This document shows, one piece after another, positions 52,408 through 64,000 of a DNA stretch of 64,000 nt. Positions within the stretch are counted from its first letter, which is position 1. Every line of letters begins with the position of its first letter. Where the stretch lies: contig OX597828.1 of NCBI GenBank assembly GCA_951406725.2, forward strand, positions 65,038,001-65,102,000, given 5' to 3'. Source of the stretch: Octopus vulgaris (Eukaryota). The notes beneath the pieces are model-generated. The model had not been told where the DNA came from and ran no database searches. It saw only the letters and a program-made list of their open reading frames with translations. Both the position numbers and the translations under genes were made by a program.

Positions 52408-52600
52408 TTGTTATATTTCGGGATGGTCATTTTCCTTTTTTGCCAATAAGCACACATTTATTATTGTTCTTATTTTATCTTATCGTCTGAAAATCTTTTG
52501 TTACACACTTGTGACCTCTTCAGTGACCCATTCCATCCACGTGTATCGTGCTACTCCGCCTAGACCATTCTGTCCTAGTGATAGCAGACAGGCTAACAAA
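52408..52600 (-). mobile_element. Short repeat with decayed hammerhead-like motif
   Basis: Minus strand gtca-CTGAAGA-ggtcacaagtgtgtaac-AAAA-gattttc; the GAAA box is lost. Confidence 0.35.
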
Positions 52601-52681
52601 AAATCTCGAGGTATATACACATAGCAACAAGCATACATACAGGTACTTATATATATATATATATATATGTAGGTATGTATG

Positions 52682-52723
<42 letters not shown>

Positions 52724-52803
52724 AACCTAGACAGATAGATAGATATAGATATATATATATATACATATACATATATATATATCTATATCTATCTATCTGT
52801 CTA

Positions 52804-52939
<136 letters not shown>

Positions 52940-53129
52940 GTATGTGTGGGTGCATGTATGATAACAACAAAAATAAACACTACAAATGTTTGAACCATCA
53001 AGTAGGTTATAGTCACAACTTAACAAAAGAAAATCTTTAAAATTCAACATCAGTCGTGAAACAAAATGACACTAAATACAGAATGAAGCAAAGGAAAATT
53101 ATATTCAAAATTTACTGGTCACCAAACTT

Positions 53130-53650
53130 CCACCTTTATTTTTTATTTTTTTCATTTCTTAGAGATTTTCACTACGCAACAAACAATCCATATCGATATA
53201 TTGTAAACATATATATTGTCATACATGATTATCTTCCAGTAGTGCTTCACATTTCAAATATTAGTCACGCTTTGGCTTTATTTTTCCCCCTAATTCTTAA
53301 CACTATATTGCGGGTGCAGTGGTAGACGAAAAAGAAGTCAGGTATACATAGTACCACAAAGTAAGACAACTACGTACAAAGTTTGACAGACGATGTTACT
53401 ATTTTAAAACTGTGCTTTAATCGATTAATATATACATTCATGCAGCACCAAATGCATGCTTCGAGGAAAGCCTACTTGCACTACTACTACTACTACTACT
53501 ACTGCTGCTGCTGCTAGTACTGCTGCTGCCGATGTTGATCATCATCATAAGGATGATAATCATGATGATTATGATGAAGCCCTGCTTCTGCTGCTTTGAG
53601 CTTTTCTTATTCCAATGTTAATTACAACAGGACACATGCAAACAGAACTG
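53130..53650. repeat. Local direct duplication, copy 1
   Basis: Colinear similarity to 54122-54580, from cttagagattttcact to gacacatgcaaacagaact. Confidence 0.92.
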
Positions 53651-54121
53651 GAAATTCAACATTAATTACTATAATTTCGAGCTGATGTGACTCAGCTGTT
53701 TAATTAATAACATTAGAGAAAGCAAGGCGTGTCTCTCTCTCTCGCTCTCTCACCATTCAAAATTTGTCCGACTCTAATGATACAAACTACTTCCGTAAAG
53801 ACATCGACTGATTAACTAATGCCACATTCCAGCAAGAAGCAATACAACGCCCTGTCAATATTGATAGGGAACTCTGATACAGCATTTATTAACGTTCAAC
53901 TCTGTTATGCATGTTTTCGAAGATGCGTCTAATTCTTCTTTTAGGATAGGAAGTACTCAATGATTTAGTGTAACCCTTACTAATAATAATAATCATAATA
54001 ATAATCCTTTCTGTTATAGGCACAAAGCCTGAAGATTTGAGGTGGTGGCTTGTCGATTTCATCGAACCCCCTTTTGCATGATTCTGATTTTAGCCACTCT
54101 AAAAGTATCAAAGGCAAATCT

Positions 54122-54580
54122 CTCCCTTTATTTTTTTCTTGTTTTCAGTTCTTAGAGATTTTCACTGTTCCACAAAAAATCCCTATCGATATATTGTAAA
54201 CATATATATTGTCATACATAATTATCTCCCAGTAGTGCTTCACATATCAAGTATTAGTCACGCTTTGGTTTTATTTTCTACCTAATTCTTAACACTATAT
54301 TGCGGGTGCAGCGGTAGACCAAAAAGAAATCAAGTATACATAGTACCAAAAAGCAAGGCAACTACGTACAAACTTTGAGAGACGGGTCAGGCATGGAACA
54401 GACGATGTTGCTTTTTCTAATCGATAAATATATACATTCAGGCAGCATCAAATGCGTGCTTCGGGGGAAGCCTACTCACACTACTACTACAACTGATGAT
54501 GATGATGATGCCCTGCTTCCGCTGCTTTGAGCTCTTCTTATTCCAATTTTAATTGTAACAGGACACATGCAAACAGAACT
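54122..54580. repeat. Local direct duplication, copy 2
   Basis: See copy 1; flanked by the two halves of a minus-strand SINE A (54006-54119 and 54581-54626). Confidence 0.92.
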
Positions 54581-54632
54581 CAAAGCACTTCGTCCAGTGT
54601 TCTAGCGATTCTTCCCAGCTCACCGCTGAAGA

Positions 54633-54759
54633 ATAGTAATAAAAGGTACCCTAGGCATGATTTTTAAAAAAGGGATGTCAGAAATATCTAGATATTATCC
54701 CAGAAGACCCATATATCAGAGAAATCCAAAAGATTGTGCTGACAATTATAGGCAACATC
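54633..54759 (+). pseudogene. Old R4-clade C-terminal fragment
   Basis: IVIKGTLGMI/KKGCQKYLDIIPEDPYIREIQKIVLTIIGNI aligns with VVIGALGMIAKGADSYLTQIPGNPKMAEVQKIVLMGTAHI. Confidence 0.7.
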
Positions 54760-55122
54760 GATATATATATATATATCAGAAGTTTGAAAGCACAACTATA
54801 TAAGATTGCAAAATTTTGAATTAATTTTTACAATCCAGCCGTTTTTTCACACAGAATTTCGTCTTTCAGAACCAAGAACTCTGAAGTGACTTATATATAA
54901 TAGAACTGTGATTATGTATATCAGAAAACAATATATATAAGTCGGAACAATTTGTTGGCCTTTTACGGTTTTTATAAATATTTATATAATATTATGTTAT
55001 ACATTGTATTCATAGTATTTAATGTAATGTTTTGATATAAATAATTTATTGGATTGTCAATGTCTCTATACTTAATTTATCTTTGATATATATATATATA
55101 TATATATATTCACACGCATGCG

Positions 55123-55337
55123 CGAAGGATGCTGAAACGTTCCTGGCTTTGGGTAAAAGAAAATACAGGAGGATCAATTAATTATGATTTTATTCAACAT
55201 TTTCCCGCTCAGATTCGCGCACCTATTGCAGCGGTATCTCAGTTTTTCTAAGCTCTGTAAAAGAACCCGACAATTTGGGTTTCCAGCCATGCCCTTCGCG
55301 ATAACCTCAAAGCCTGGACCTTTTCAGAAGCCTCTCG
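55123..55337 (-). mobile_element. Mariner-derived MITE
   Basis: Imperfect ~28-bp TIRs (cgaaggatgctgaaacgttcctggcttt / aaagcctggaccttttcagaagcctctcg, then TA); minus strand carries a mariner-like C-terminal remnant RCNRCANLSG..VE*. Confidence 0.65.
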
Positions 55338-55349
55338 TATATAGATATA

Positions 55350-55393
<44 letters not shown>

Positions 55394-55794
55394 TGTCTGT
55401 CTGTCTGTCTGTCTGTGTATGTGCGTGTGCGTGTGTTTATATATGTATACATATATATATTTGTATACAAGTAAATAAATATAATTATATAGAAACATAT
55501 ACACATAAGTTTTATACGTCTGTGTATTGCATGAATATATTGATATATATTTTTATGTATGAATCCATGTATGTTCATAAAATTATATGGCTATTTAGTC
55601 AACCTTCTTCCGACCATCCCACCTACATATTGATGTCTCTACTTACGTATATATAATCTTAGCAACCCTTCCCTAGCAGTGAAACAAAAACTAATGGACT
55701 TACAAATTTATGGTTATAGGATAGGGATTTGCCAACATACTATTAAAGGATATTTGCTGCTTAACTGCTGTCACCGTTCACGGGCATAAAAGGA

Positions 55795-55953
55795 TCTTAA
55801 CACGCGGGGCAAGAATGCTTAGCGGCATTTCGATCGTCTGTACATTCAGAGTTCAAATTCCGCCGTGGTTGACTTCCACTTTCATTCTTTCAGGGTCAAT
55901 GAAATAAGTTCCAATTACGTACTGCGGTCGATGTAATCGACTAACCTCCTCTC
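55795..55953 (+). mobile_element. SINE family A, decayed
   Basis: aatgcttagcggcatttcg...gagttcaaattccgccg...gtcgatgtaatcgac. Confidence 0.75.
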
Positions 55954-55954
55954 A

Positions 55955-56033
<79 letters not shown>

Positions 56034-56291
56034 GTTTGACTTTTGCTTTATATTTGTACAAGTTGTCTCCAAGTCTCACCGAGAGACCTCAAGAGACAAG
56101 AGGTTGGAAGTTCACGTTGTTGTTATGCCTAGTGTGCCATATATTTGGGGTTTTTTTTGGGGGGGGGTGTTGTACTAGTGAATGTCTAATAAATAAATAA
56201 ATAAATACGATAAAATAAAATTAAAAAATTTAAAATTTAAAAATTAAAAAAAAATTAAAATAATAAAAATTGTTTGTTTTAAACCTTGGGA

Positions 56292-57104
56292 TTACATAGA
56301 AAGTATTTTGCGTAGGATGTGAGCAATTCCCATGAGCACTATCTTTTGAATTTCTGCCATTTGGGGGTTTCCTGGTATCTGAGTTAGGTAGCAATCAGTC
56401 CCTTTCGCTATCATTCCCAGGACACCTATGACAACAGGTATTGTTTTAGTCTTCAGGTTCCACATTTTGCTGATTTCTATTTCAAGATCTTTATATTTGC
56501 TCAGTTTTTGGTAGGTCTTGACAGATACGTTTATATCGATTGGGACAGTCATATCAATGAGGAGGCATGTTATTTGTCTGAAGTCTTTCAATATGATGTC
56601 TGGCCTATTTGCAGCTATCTTTCTGTCAGTTTGAATGGTGAAGTTCCAGAGGAGTGAGATGTGGTGATTTTCAAGCACTGGAGGTGGTTTGTGTTCCCAC
56701 CAGTTTTTATCATGGGGCAAGTCCAGACTTTTGCAAATTATCCAGTGAATATATTGTGCAGCTCTATCATGCCTGTTGAGGTACTCTGTAGGTGCTAGAA
56801 GACTGCATTTAGAGACAACATGATCAATGGTTTCATTTTGTTGTTGACATACACGACATGTTGGGCTACTGCCGTTCTTTAATATGTTGGTCTGGTAGTT
56901 TCTTGTTGGTAGGCATTGATCTTGAGCTGCTATGATAAACCCTTCTGTTTCAGATTTTAAGCCAGAGGCCATTAGCCATTGATGGGTCAGGGCTTTGTCA
57001 ATATCTGCATTATTCGCTCTCTTTGGGTATTTGCCATAGAGTGGTTTTTCTTGCCATTTATCATTCAGAATATCTAAGGCCGCAAGTTTAGCACGGGTTT
57101 TCAT
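56292..57104 (-). CDS. R4/Dong ORF C-terminal part (270 aa, uninterrupted)
   Basis: ORF track; CRVCQQQNETIDHVVSKC, RHD, RPDII..IDMTVP..KLSKY. Confidence 0.85.
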   Translation of the reverse strand: MKTRAKLAALDILNDKWQEKPLYGKYPKRANNADIDKALTHQWLMASGLKSETEGFIIAAQDQCLPTRNYQTNILKNGSSPTCRVCQQQNETIDHVVSKCSLLAPTEYLNRHDRAAQYIHWIICKSLDLPHDKNWWEHKPPPVLENHHISLLWNFTIQTDRKIAANRPDIILKDFRQITCLLIDMTVPIDINVSVKTYQKLSKYKDLEIEISKMWNLKTKTIPVVIGVLGMIAKGTDCYLTQIPGNPQMAEIQKIVLMGIAHILRKILSM

Positions 57105-57217
57105 GCGCTTAGCTTTTTCTGTGCTTGTTTCTTGTATGTCTATCTCGAATTCCGAAATTTGTTGTATTCGGAATTTATTTTGCCTGTTTTGTTACTGAGT
57201 ATGATTCTTTCTTGTTT

Positions 57218-57721
57218 TCATGTTTTGAGACAAGTTTTAACATCCAGTCCCCAGACTTTTTCAGGTAGGCCAATTGTAGCAATCTTCATTGTTATTGCCA
57301 GTTGTAAAAGACCACGGCCTCCCTCTTTTCTTGGCAGATAAAGTCGTTCTGTATCTGCCTTTGGGTGGTGCATTCTATGCATTGTCAACAGTTTTCGTAT
57401 TTTTCTGTCAAGCTGACATATTTCAGTAGCTAACCAGTTAACGATATTGAAACTATAAGTCACAACTGGTATGGCTAATGCATTAATCGCTTCGATCCTG
57501 TTTCTCGCATTCAGCTCTGTCTTGAGTATTGCTCTCACTGTTCGATAACATTCTCTCCTGATTCTTTCCTTCATCTCTGAATGCCTTATTCCGTCCCCTT
57601 CAATTACCCCTAGATACTTGTAGTTCTCCGCTGGGTCTACTTCTTTTATGACATTCTGCTGGTCAAGGTTAACGTTAGATGTTTCTGTCATTTTTCCTTT
57701 GATAAAGGTAGCTTTTGCACA
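57218..57721 (-). pseudogene. R4/Dong reverse-transcriptase C-terminal/thumb region
   Basis: ENYKYLGV...AINALAIPVVTYSF...LDRKIRKLL...GGRGL; disconnected from the downstream ORF by small indels. Confidence 0.85.
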
Positions 57722-57773
57722 TTTATTATTATTATTATTATTATTATTAATATTATTAATATTATTATTATTA

Positions 57774-57852
<79 letters not shown>

Positions 57853-57855
57853 GTT

Positions 57856-58070
57856 AGGCGGCGAGCTGGTAGAAACGTTAGCACTCTGGGCGAAATGTGT
57901 AGCCTTATTTCGTCTGCCGTTACGTTCTGAGTTCAAGTTCCGCCGAAGTCGACTTTGCCTTTCATCATTTCGAGGGTCGATAAATTAAGTACCAGTTACG
58001 CACTGGTGTCGATATAATCGACTTAATCCGCTTGTCCTCTCTGTGTTTAGCCCCTTGTGGGTAGTAAAGA
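57856..58070 (+). mobile_element. SINE family A, founder copy of the tandem array
   Basis: Complete head aggcggcgagctggtagaaacgttagc and tail gtgggtagtaaaga. Confidence 0.9.
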
Positions 58071-58978
58071 AATAGGTATTTCGTTTGCCGCTACGTCCTG
58101 AGTACAAATTCCGCCGAGGTCGACTTTGCCTTTCATCCTTTCGGGGTCGATTAAATAAGTCCCAGTTATGCGCTGGGGTAGATATAATCGACTTAATCCG
58201 TTTGTCTGTCCTTGTTTGTCCTGTGTTTAGCTCATTGTGGGTAGTGAAGAAATAGGTATTTCGTTTGCCGCTACGTCCTGAGTACAAATTCCGCCGAGGT
58301 CGACTTTGCCTTTCATCCTTTCGGGGTCGATTAAATAAGTCCCAGTTATGCGCTGGGGTAGATATAATCGACTTAATCCGTTTGTCTGTCCTTGTTTGTC
58401 CTGTGTTTAGCTCATTGTGGGTAGTGAAGAAATAGGTATTTCGTTTGCCGCTACGTCCTGAGTTCAAATTCCGCCGAGGTCGACTTTGCCTTTCATCCTT
58501 TCGGGGTCGATTAAATAAGTACCAGTTACGCGCTGGGGTAGATATAATCGACTTAATCCGTTCGTCTGTCCTTGTTTGTCCTGTGTTTAGCTCATTGTGG
58601 GTAGTGAAGAAATAGGTATTTCGTTTGCCGCTACGTCCTGAGTTCAAATTCCGCCGAGGTCGACTTTGCCTTTCATCCTTTCGGGGTCGATTAAATAAGT
58701 ACCAGTTACGCGCTGGGGTAGATATAATCGACTTAATCCGTTTGTCTGTCCTTGTTTGTCATGTGTTTAGCTCATTGTGGGTAGTGAAGAAATAGGTATT
58801 TCGTTTGCCGCTACGTCCTGAGTTCAAATTCCGCCGAGGTCGACTTTGCCTTTCATCCTTTCGGGGTCGATTAAATAAGTACCAGTTACGCGCTGGGGTA
58901 GATATAATCGACTTAATCCGTTTGTCTGTCCTTGTTTGTCCTGTGTTTAGCTCCTTGTGGGTAGTAAAGGAATAGGTA
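58071..58978 (+). repeat. Tandem array of five 180-bp units derived from headless SINE A
   Basis: Units start at 58071, 58251, 58431, 58611 and 58791; near-identical. Confidence 0.97.
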
Positions 58979-59431
58979 CAGTAGCTCAGAGAAAAAGAAA
59001 ACAAGTTAAAAAAGAACAAAAATGATGCCCCTTGCAAGAATAGAGGTATTACAATTCTCTGAAGTCGCTTCTTTTATTAAGTGTGACTTCAGTTTGTGAA
59101 TTTGATTTAACATTTATATGAGGACGTGTGTCGTTTTTATTATCGTCGTTAGCGTTTTAATTCTTTTTTCATGGAGTTGTTGTTTTTTTTGTTCATTTAT
59201 CTATTTATTATTGTCTTTTTTTTTTTGCTATAATACTTTACTTTGTTTATTCCTGACAGATTCTTTAGTAGTAGCTTTACTGTTATTTATGATGGTCGTT
59301 TCGTTGCGATACTTTCTTTTGTGAGATCTTACGTATCTTGTATTCGACGGGTCCTCCTCTGAGAGGTCGTCCTTTTTATTCGGCTATTTGTGATTTTCTA
59401 CAGATTCTTGTGATCGCGTTACTCCTTATTA

Positions 59432-59635
59432 TCTTTTACTTCCTACAATCATTAGACTGCAGCCATACTGGGGCACTGCCTTGGAGAAATCGTCGTCGAT
59501 TGAACCGATCCCAGCACTTTTGTATAAGACTGGTACTTATTCTATCGGGTTCTTTAGCCGAACTGCTAAGTTACGGGGATGTAAGCATACCGACATTGGT
59601 TGTCAAATGGTGATGGGAACAAAGGCAAATAAACA
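59432..59635 (-). mobile_element. SINE family D 3' half
   Basis: Reverse match to 29660-29857. Confidence 0.8.
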
Positions 59636-59740
59636 CACACATACACACACACATACACGCGCGCGCACACACGCATACACACACACACACACACACACAC
59701 TCATATAAATATATATATATATAACTTTCATTCTTTCCTT

Positions 59741-59991
59741 TTCTTTGTTTCAGCCATTAAATTGCGGCCATGTTGGGGCAACGCCTTGAAGAATTTCAGT
59801 CGAATAAATTGACCCCAGGATTTTTTATCCGTTTAAACCTGGTACTTATTCTATCGGGTTCTTTACCCGAACCGCTAAGTTACAGGGATATAGACACACA
59901 GGCACCGGCTGTCAAGCAGTAGCGGGGGACAGATACACACAGACATAGATATAAACATATACATACACACACACACATACACACATACACA

Positions 59992-60074
<83 letters not shown>

Positions 60075-60242
60075 GCGCGACGGATTTCCTTTTTAGTTTA
60101 CGCCAACTAAATCCATTCACAAGGCTTTGGTCGGCCCGAGGCTTCAGTAGGAAACACTTGCCCAAGGTGCCACGCAGTAGGACTGAACCCGGAACAATGT
60201 GGCTGGGAAGCAAGCTTCCTACCACACAGCTATTCCTAAGCC
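59741..60242 (-). mobile_element. SINE family D, near full length with internal (CA)n
   Basis: Head ...gactgaacccggaac...cttcctaccacacagc; tail gtacttattctatcgg...gaaccgctaagttac. Confidence 0.85.
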
Positions 60243-60251
60243 TTACGAAAA

Positions 60252-60395
60252 GTTTCTTTCAGTTTTCGTCTACCAAATCTACGTGCAAGGCTTTAGTTGG
60301 CTTGAGACTACACTAGAAGGCAGTAACATGAGGTGCCATGCAGTGGGACTGAACCTAGAACCAAGTTTCTTACTACACGCAACTTACATTCGCCC
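60252..60395 (-). mobile_element. SINE family D head fragment
   Basis: ctttcagttttcgtctaccaaatc...gtgccatgcagtgggactgaacc. Confidence 0.7.
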
Positions 60396-61727
60396 ATGTG
60401 GTCGCAGTGATGCATGCCTCACATCTTTGGATTGGCCACAGCTCATACATATACTTTATAGTGACCATGTGTATTGGATATAGCAGTGATGTTTAATACG
60501 AATGTAACAATTAAACATAAAGGTCTTTGGTTTAACATTTAATCTCGAATTTATCTTAGATGATAGTAGTAAGAGATCTTTTAGTGGTGGCCACAGCCTC
60601 TGATTTAGGCGTTATGTAACTAACTCACATACTGTACCAACTCACATAATCTTATGCAACGAAATTCATCAGACATACTGGCTGGACCATTGTGTTTTTA
60701 TAGCTGATTGATTTATACATGGGTATTATTTATTAGTTTTTAAATAACGTAGTTTATATCTTAAGATTATTACGATTTTTATATTTGTACTCAAGATTGT
60801 TCGATTTTGTATGATTTGTCCCTTATTGTTTTATATACATACATGTGCACATACATATATACTTACATACACACATGTACGTACTCACACATACACATAT
60901 ATCTACTACAGCGACTTCGATTACTTCACAGCCAACACTTCTACTGCTGAAGCTAATACGTCGACTACGCTCACTATTTTAGTTCGATTACTACTATAGT
61001 CATAGAATTGCTGTGGGGTTTTTATACCTTTTGGGGGAAGAAAGGAAGGTCTTATTTTTCTGTTGCTCTTGTTTTCACCGTAACTCGCTTGTATGTAGCG
61101 TAAAGGTGTCTTTAGGAGATGAAACGCAACGTGCCACCACATTTACTATCTCTGTCTGGCACTTGTGTGTCTTTAACAAAGTTAACTCTGCCAGAAGTAA
61201 TTGGACAAGACATCCGATCTGATGAGGAAGGGGGCTTACCGTTTCACTCAATCACCTTCTGCACGACTCCATAATGCTAAAAAAGTAGATCCGATCCCAG
61301 AGCAATTATCCATTGTCTTCTCATGCCTCTGGGGACTTCTTTTCTCTTGAGATCCCACACATTACTTTTCGCACTCAAACCTCTGAACCTATTCCTTACC
61401 GAGACACAAATTGCTTGATGCCTATATGCAAAACATCATTGTTCATACTTCAGTACAGAGGTGATATCTGTGCATACGTAGACTCCAGTCTCCTATTCAC
61501 TGAATTCCTTCACAGAGATATCAGCAGTAACGAGCTCCAGTTACACTGGCACAACATCTTTCTCATTCTTCAATTTTCATTTATTCTGTGACTTAAACCT
61601 CCAATATCTTCTCCTGCATTGTAAACATTTATCTCTTCCTACAATTGTTTAAGTGGAAAAATTACAGCATCAATTCCACCGGTTTCGAGAGGCCTGCAGA
61701 AGCCATGGTCACAGAGTATAATAAATA

Positions 61728-62159
61728 GTGGTTTCAAATTTTGGTGCAAAGACTGCAAGTTCGGGGACGGGCGTAAGTCAATTACGGCGACTCTGGGTCT
61801 CAACTGGTATTTATTTTATCGTTTTCGAAAGAATGAAATATAAAGTCGACCTCGGTGGTATTTGAACTCAGATGGTGAAGATGAACGAAATGCCGCTAAA
61901 TATTTTGTTCAGCGTACAAACGATTCTGCAAGCTCGCAGCCTTATTGCGTAAAATAAAGTTTGATATCAAATTTCGGTACAAGGCTGGCAACTTCGGTAG
62001 AGAAGTTAGTCGATTACGTCGACCCAAACACTCAGCTGATACTTTTTTGATCCACACCGAAAGGATGAAAGGTGAGGTCGATCTCGGCGGAATTTGAACT
62101 CAGAACACAAAGACAGACGAAATGCCGGCGTGGTAACGATTCTGCCAGCTCATCACCTT
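61728..62159 (-). mobile_element. Two tandem SINE family A copies (61728-61943 and 61963-62159)
   Basis: Each has gaaaG.atgaaa...gtcga.ctcgg.gg.atttgaactcaga...cgattctgc.agctc. Confidence 0.85.
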
Positions 62160-63860
62160 ACTGCACATAATAAGATTCCTTCGTACTTCCTGCAACAGTT
62201 TCGTTTTGCTTTTGTTTGTTTCAGTCAGAACATGTTTGGCACACACGGTTATTATTTCAACATTATATTTGTTCATAATAATCACAAGAAATACATGTAC
62301 TTATTAATGATCTAATAACAATGCTTTCCATTTTCTCTCTTTTACTTCGAAGTATTGGTTTTGGTTTTAATACTATTTCCTGTATCCCTGATTTTACGTA
62401 GAACTACATAATCTTTCTCCGTTTTGTTATTCTAGCGGAGCCGGATAATTTCAAATCTGACCCCAATTTAGTGTATGGAGTATAGTCATCAGAAAAATAT
62501 TTATCTGAATTTGACAACGATTCTGTATACATCTGCCAAAGTTACAGCAATAAATAAGATTCTAAGTGGTTATATCATTTACTTGAAAGGTAGTTAAGAA
62601 ATAAAACAAGCTTATCGTATTCATTACCAGGATGATATATTAAAGAAATCTGAGCAAGTGACTGGCTTTTTGTTTTGAAAATGTTTAACAATGAGGCTTT
62701 ATAATTGGACACCAGTATAGAGAGAAACATACTGTTTCACTTATTAACATTTACTCACAATGCACACACATATATGCACACACACAGAGACACACACGCA
62801 CACACTCTCTCAAATATATATGTATATGCATGTCCATATATAATTGCATATATATATATATATATATATAGGAGGGTGTCTGTGCGTGCGTGCATGGGTA
62901 TGTGCCCATAGAGATGTTTTTTATAAATATATATCTACACGTACTAAATTTGCGCATACAAATTATATAAACGAACACAGACAAACGCAAACACACGCGT
63001 GCGCACGCACACACGCGCACACACATAAAAAGCACACACACACACACGTACCTTATACAACAGGAGCCATTTCGAGGCAACGCCTTCATGCTGGGACACG
63101 TCTGTGTGCTTGTGTGTGCACATATATGTATATATAAATATTCGCGCACATATATATATATATATGTATATACGAAAGTTTGTATATATATGTTTATGTG
63201 AATATGTACGCTTGTGTTAATATACAATGCAGTATTGCACAGAGTTAAAATAGAACTCTGCTTTTCTGCCATTATATGATTTATTGTTCAAATTCCCATG
63301 CAATTTTCGTTTATATTTTCCATTCTCTGCAACTAGAATAGAAGTGTGAATTCTGTGTGTCTAAATTCTACAAGCCTGCAGCTAACAACAACTTTCTAAA
63401 CTAAAATATATCTCATATAAATTTTTTGTGTTGTTTCTATTAATAGTTCATCTTCAGAGTCCTCTCCATATTTTCTTTAATATCAGAAAAGAAGTGGTCT
63501 CATAATAATACTATCGAATAATTTGCGACACTTAATCAAACTAAAGGACCTAATGTCTCTCAATCATTTGAACAATACCTTAAAATCCACTGGTGCCACA
63601 AATGGTTCCTAGGAAAACCTATAATCATTTTCCGGTCTTCTGTGCAAAATATGTTGAATAATTTCTGATTAAGTATATACCTCTAGACGTTCTTAACCTC
63701 GTTGCTTTACAGATTCTTTTAGAACACATCAAATGAGATAGGCATAAAACTGTCTACGAAAGAAATATTTCTGCACTTTACAGTTCTGGTCCTGTGCCTG
63801 AAGGTATAAAAACAACTCTCATTAATGAATAAATAACAAAAATACCAGGGAAGGTGCCAA

Positions 63861-63977
<117 letters not shown>

Positions 63978-64000
63978 GAGAGTGTATGTGTGTGCTTGTG

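Larger units (their letters stand above)
56031..57723 (-). mobile_element. R4/Dong-like retrotransposon, 5'-truncated copy 3 (longest)
   Basis: Includes the RT C-terminus (KCAKATFIKGK, YKYLG, LYLPRKEGGRGL), CCHC and RLE; (TTA)n at 55955-56030 and 57724-57850. Confidence 0.93.

Noticed and set aside
58071-58978. CRISPR array or hammerhead retrozyme interpretation
   Set aside because: No unique spacers, and no CUGANGA core on either strand of the unit
57985-59037. 220-aa and 92-aa repetitive minus-strand ORFs
   Set aside because: Antisense reading of the SINE array; 180 bp is 60 codons, so the frame simply repeats
61100-61600. Possible decayed AP-endonuclease (RGDICAYVD)
   Set aside because: Single weak motif with inconsistent motif order; too degraded to call

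Overview
AT-rich animal genomic DNA dominated by microsatellites and transposable elements. The repeat families (tRNA-derived SINEs, R4/Dong, RTE, Tx1/L1, Penelope-like elements, MITEs) look like an octopus/coleoid cephalopod genome; that assignment is inference from repeat recall. No host gene can be named. Most ORFs in the supplied track are microsatellite or antisense-repeat artefacts. Well-supported content: three young 5'-truncated R4/Dong-like retrotransposons, each between (TAA)n tracts, plus older relatives; an RTE 3' end; decayed Tx1/L1 and Penelope-like fragments; several modular SINE families, some with target-site duplications (TSDs); a 180-bp SINE-derived tandem array; a TIR element with an 8-bp TSD splitting a Tx1/L1 ORF; and a mariner-type MITE. 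Most worth follow-up: candidate minimal hammerhead ribozymes in short (TA)n-embedded elements, a SINE target site used twice, a possible ORF1-only retroelement sharing its 3' tail with the main SINE, and a few phase-compatible candidate small exons.
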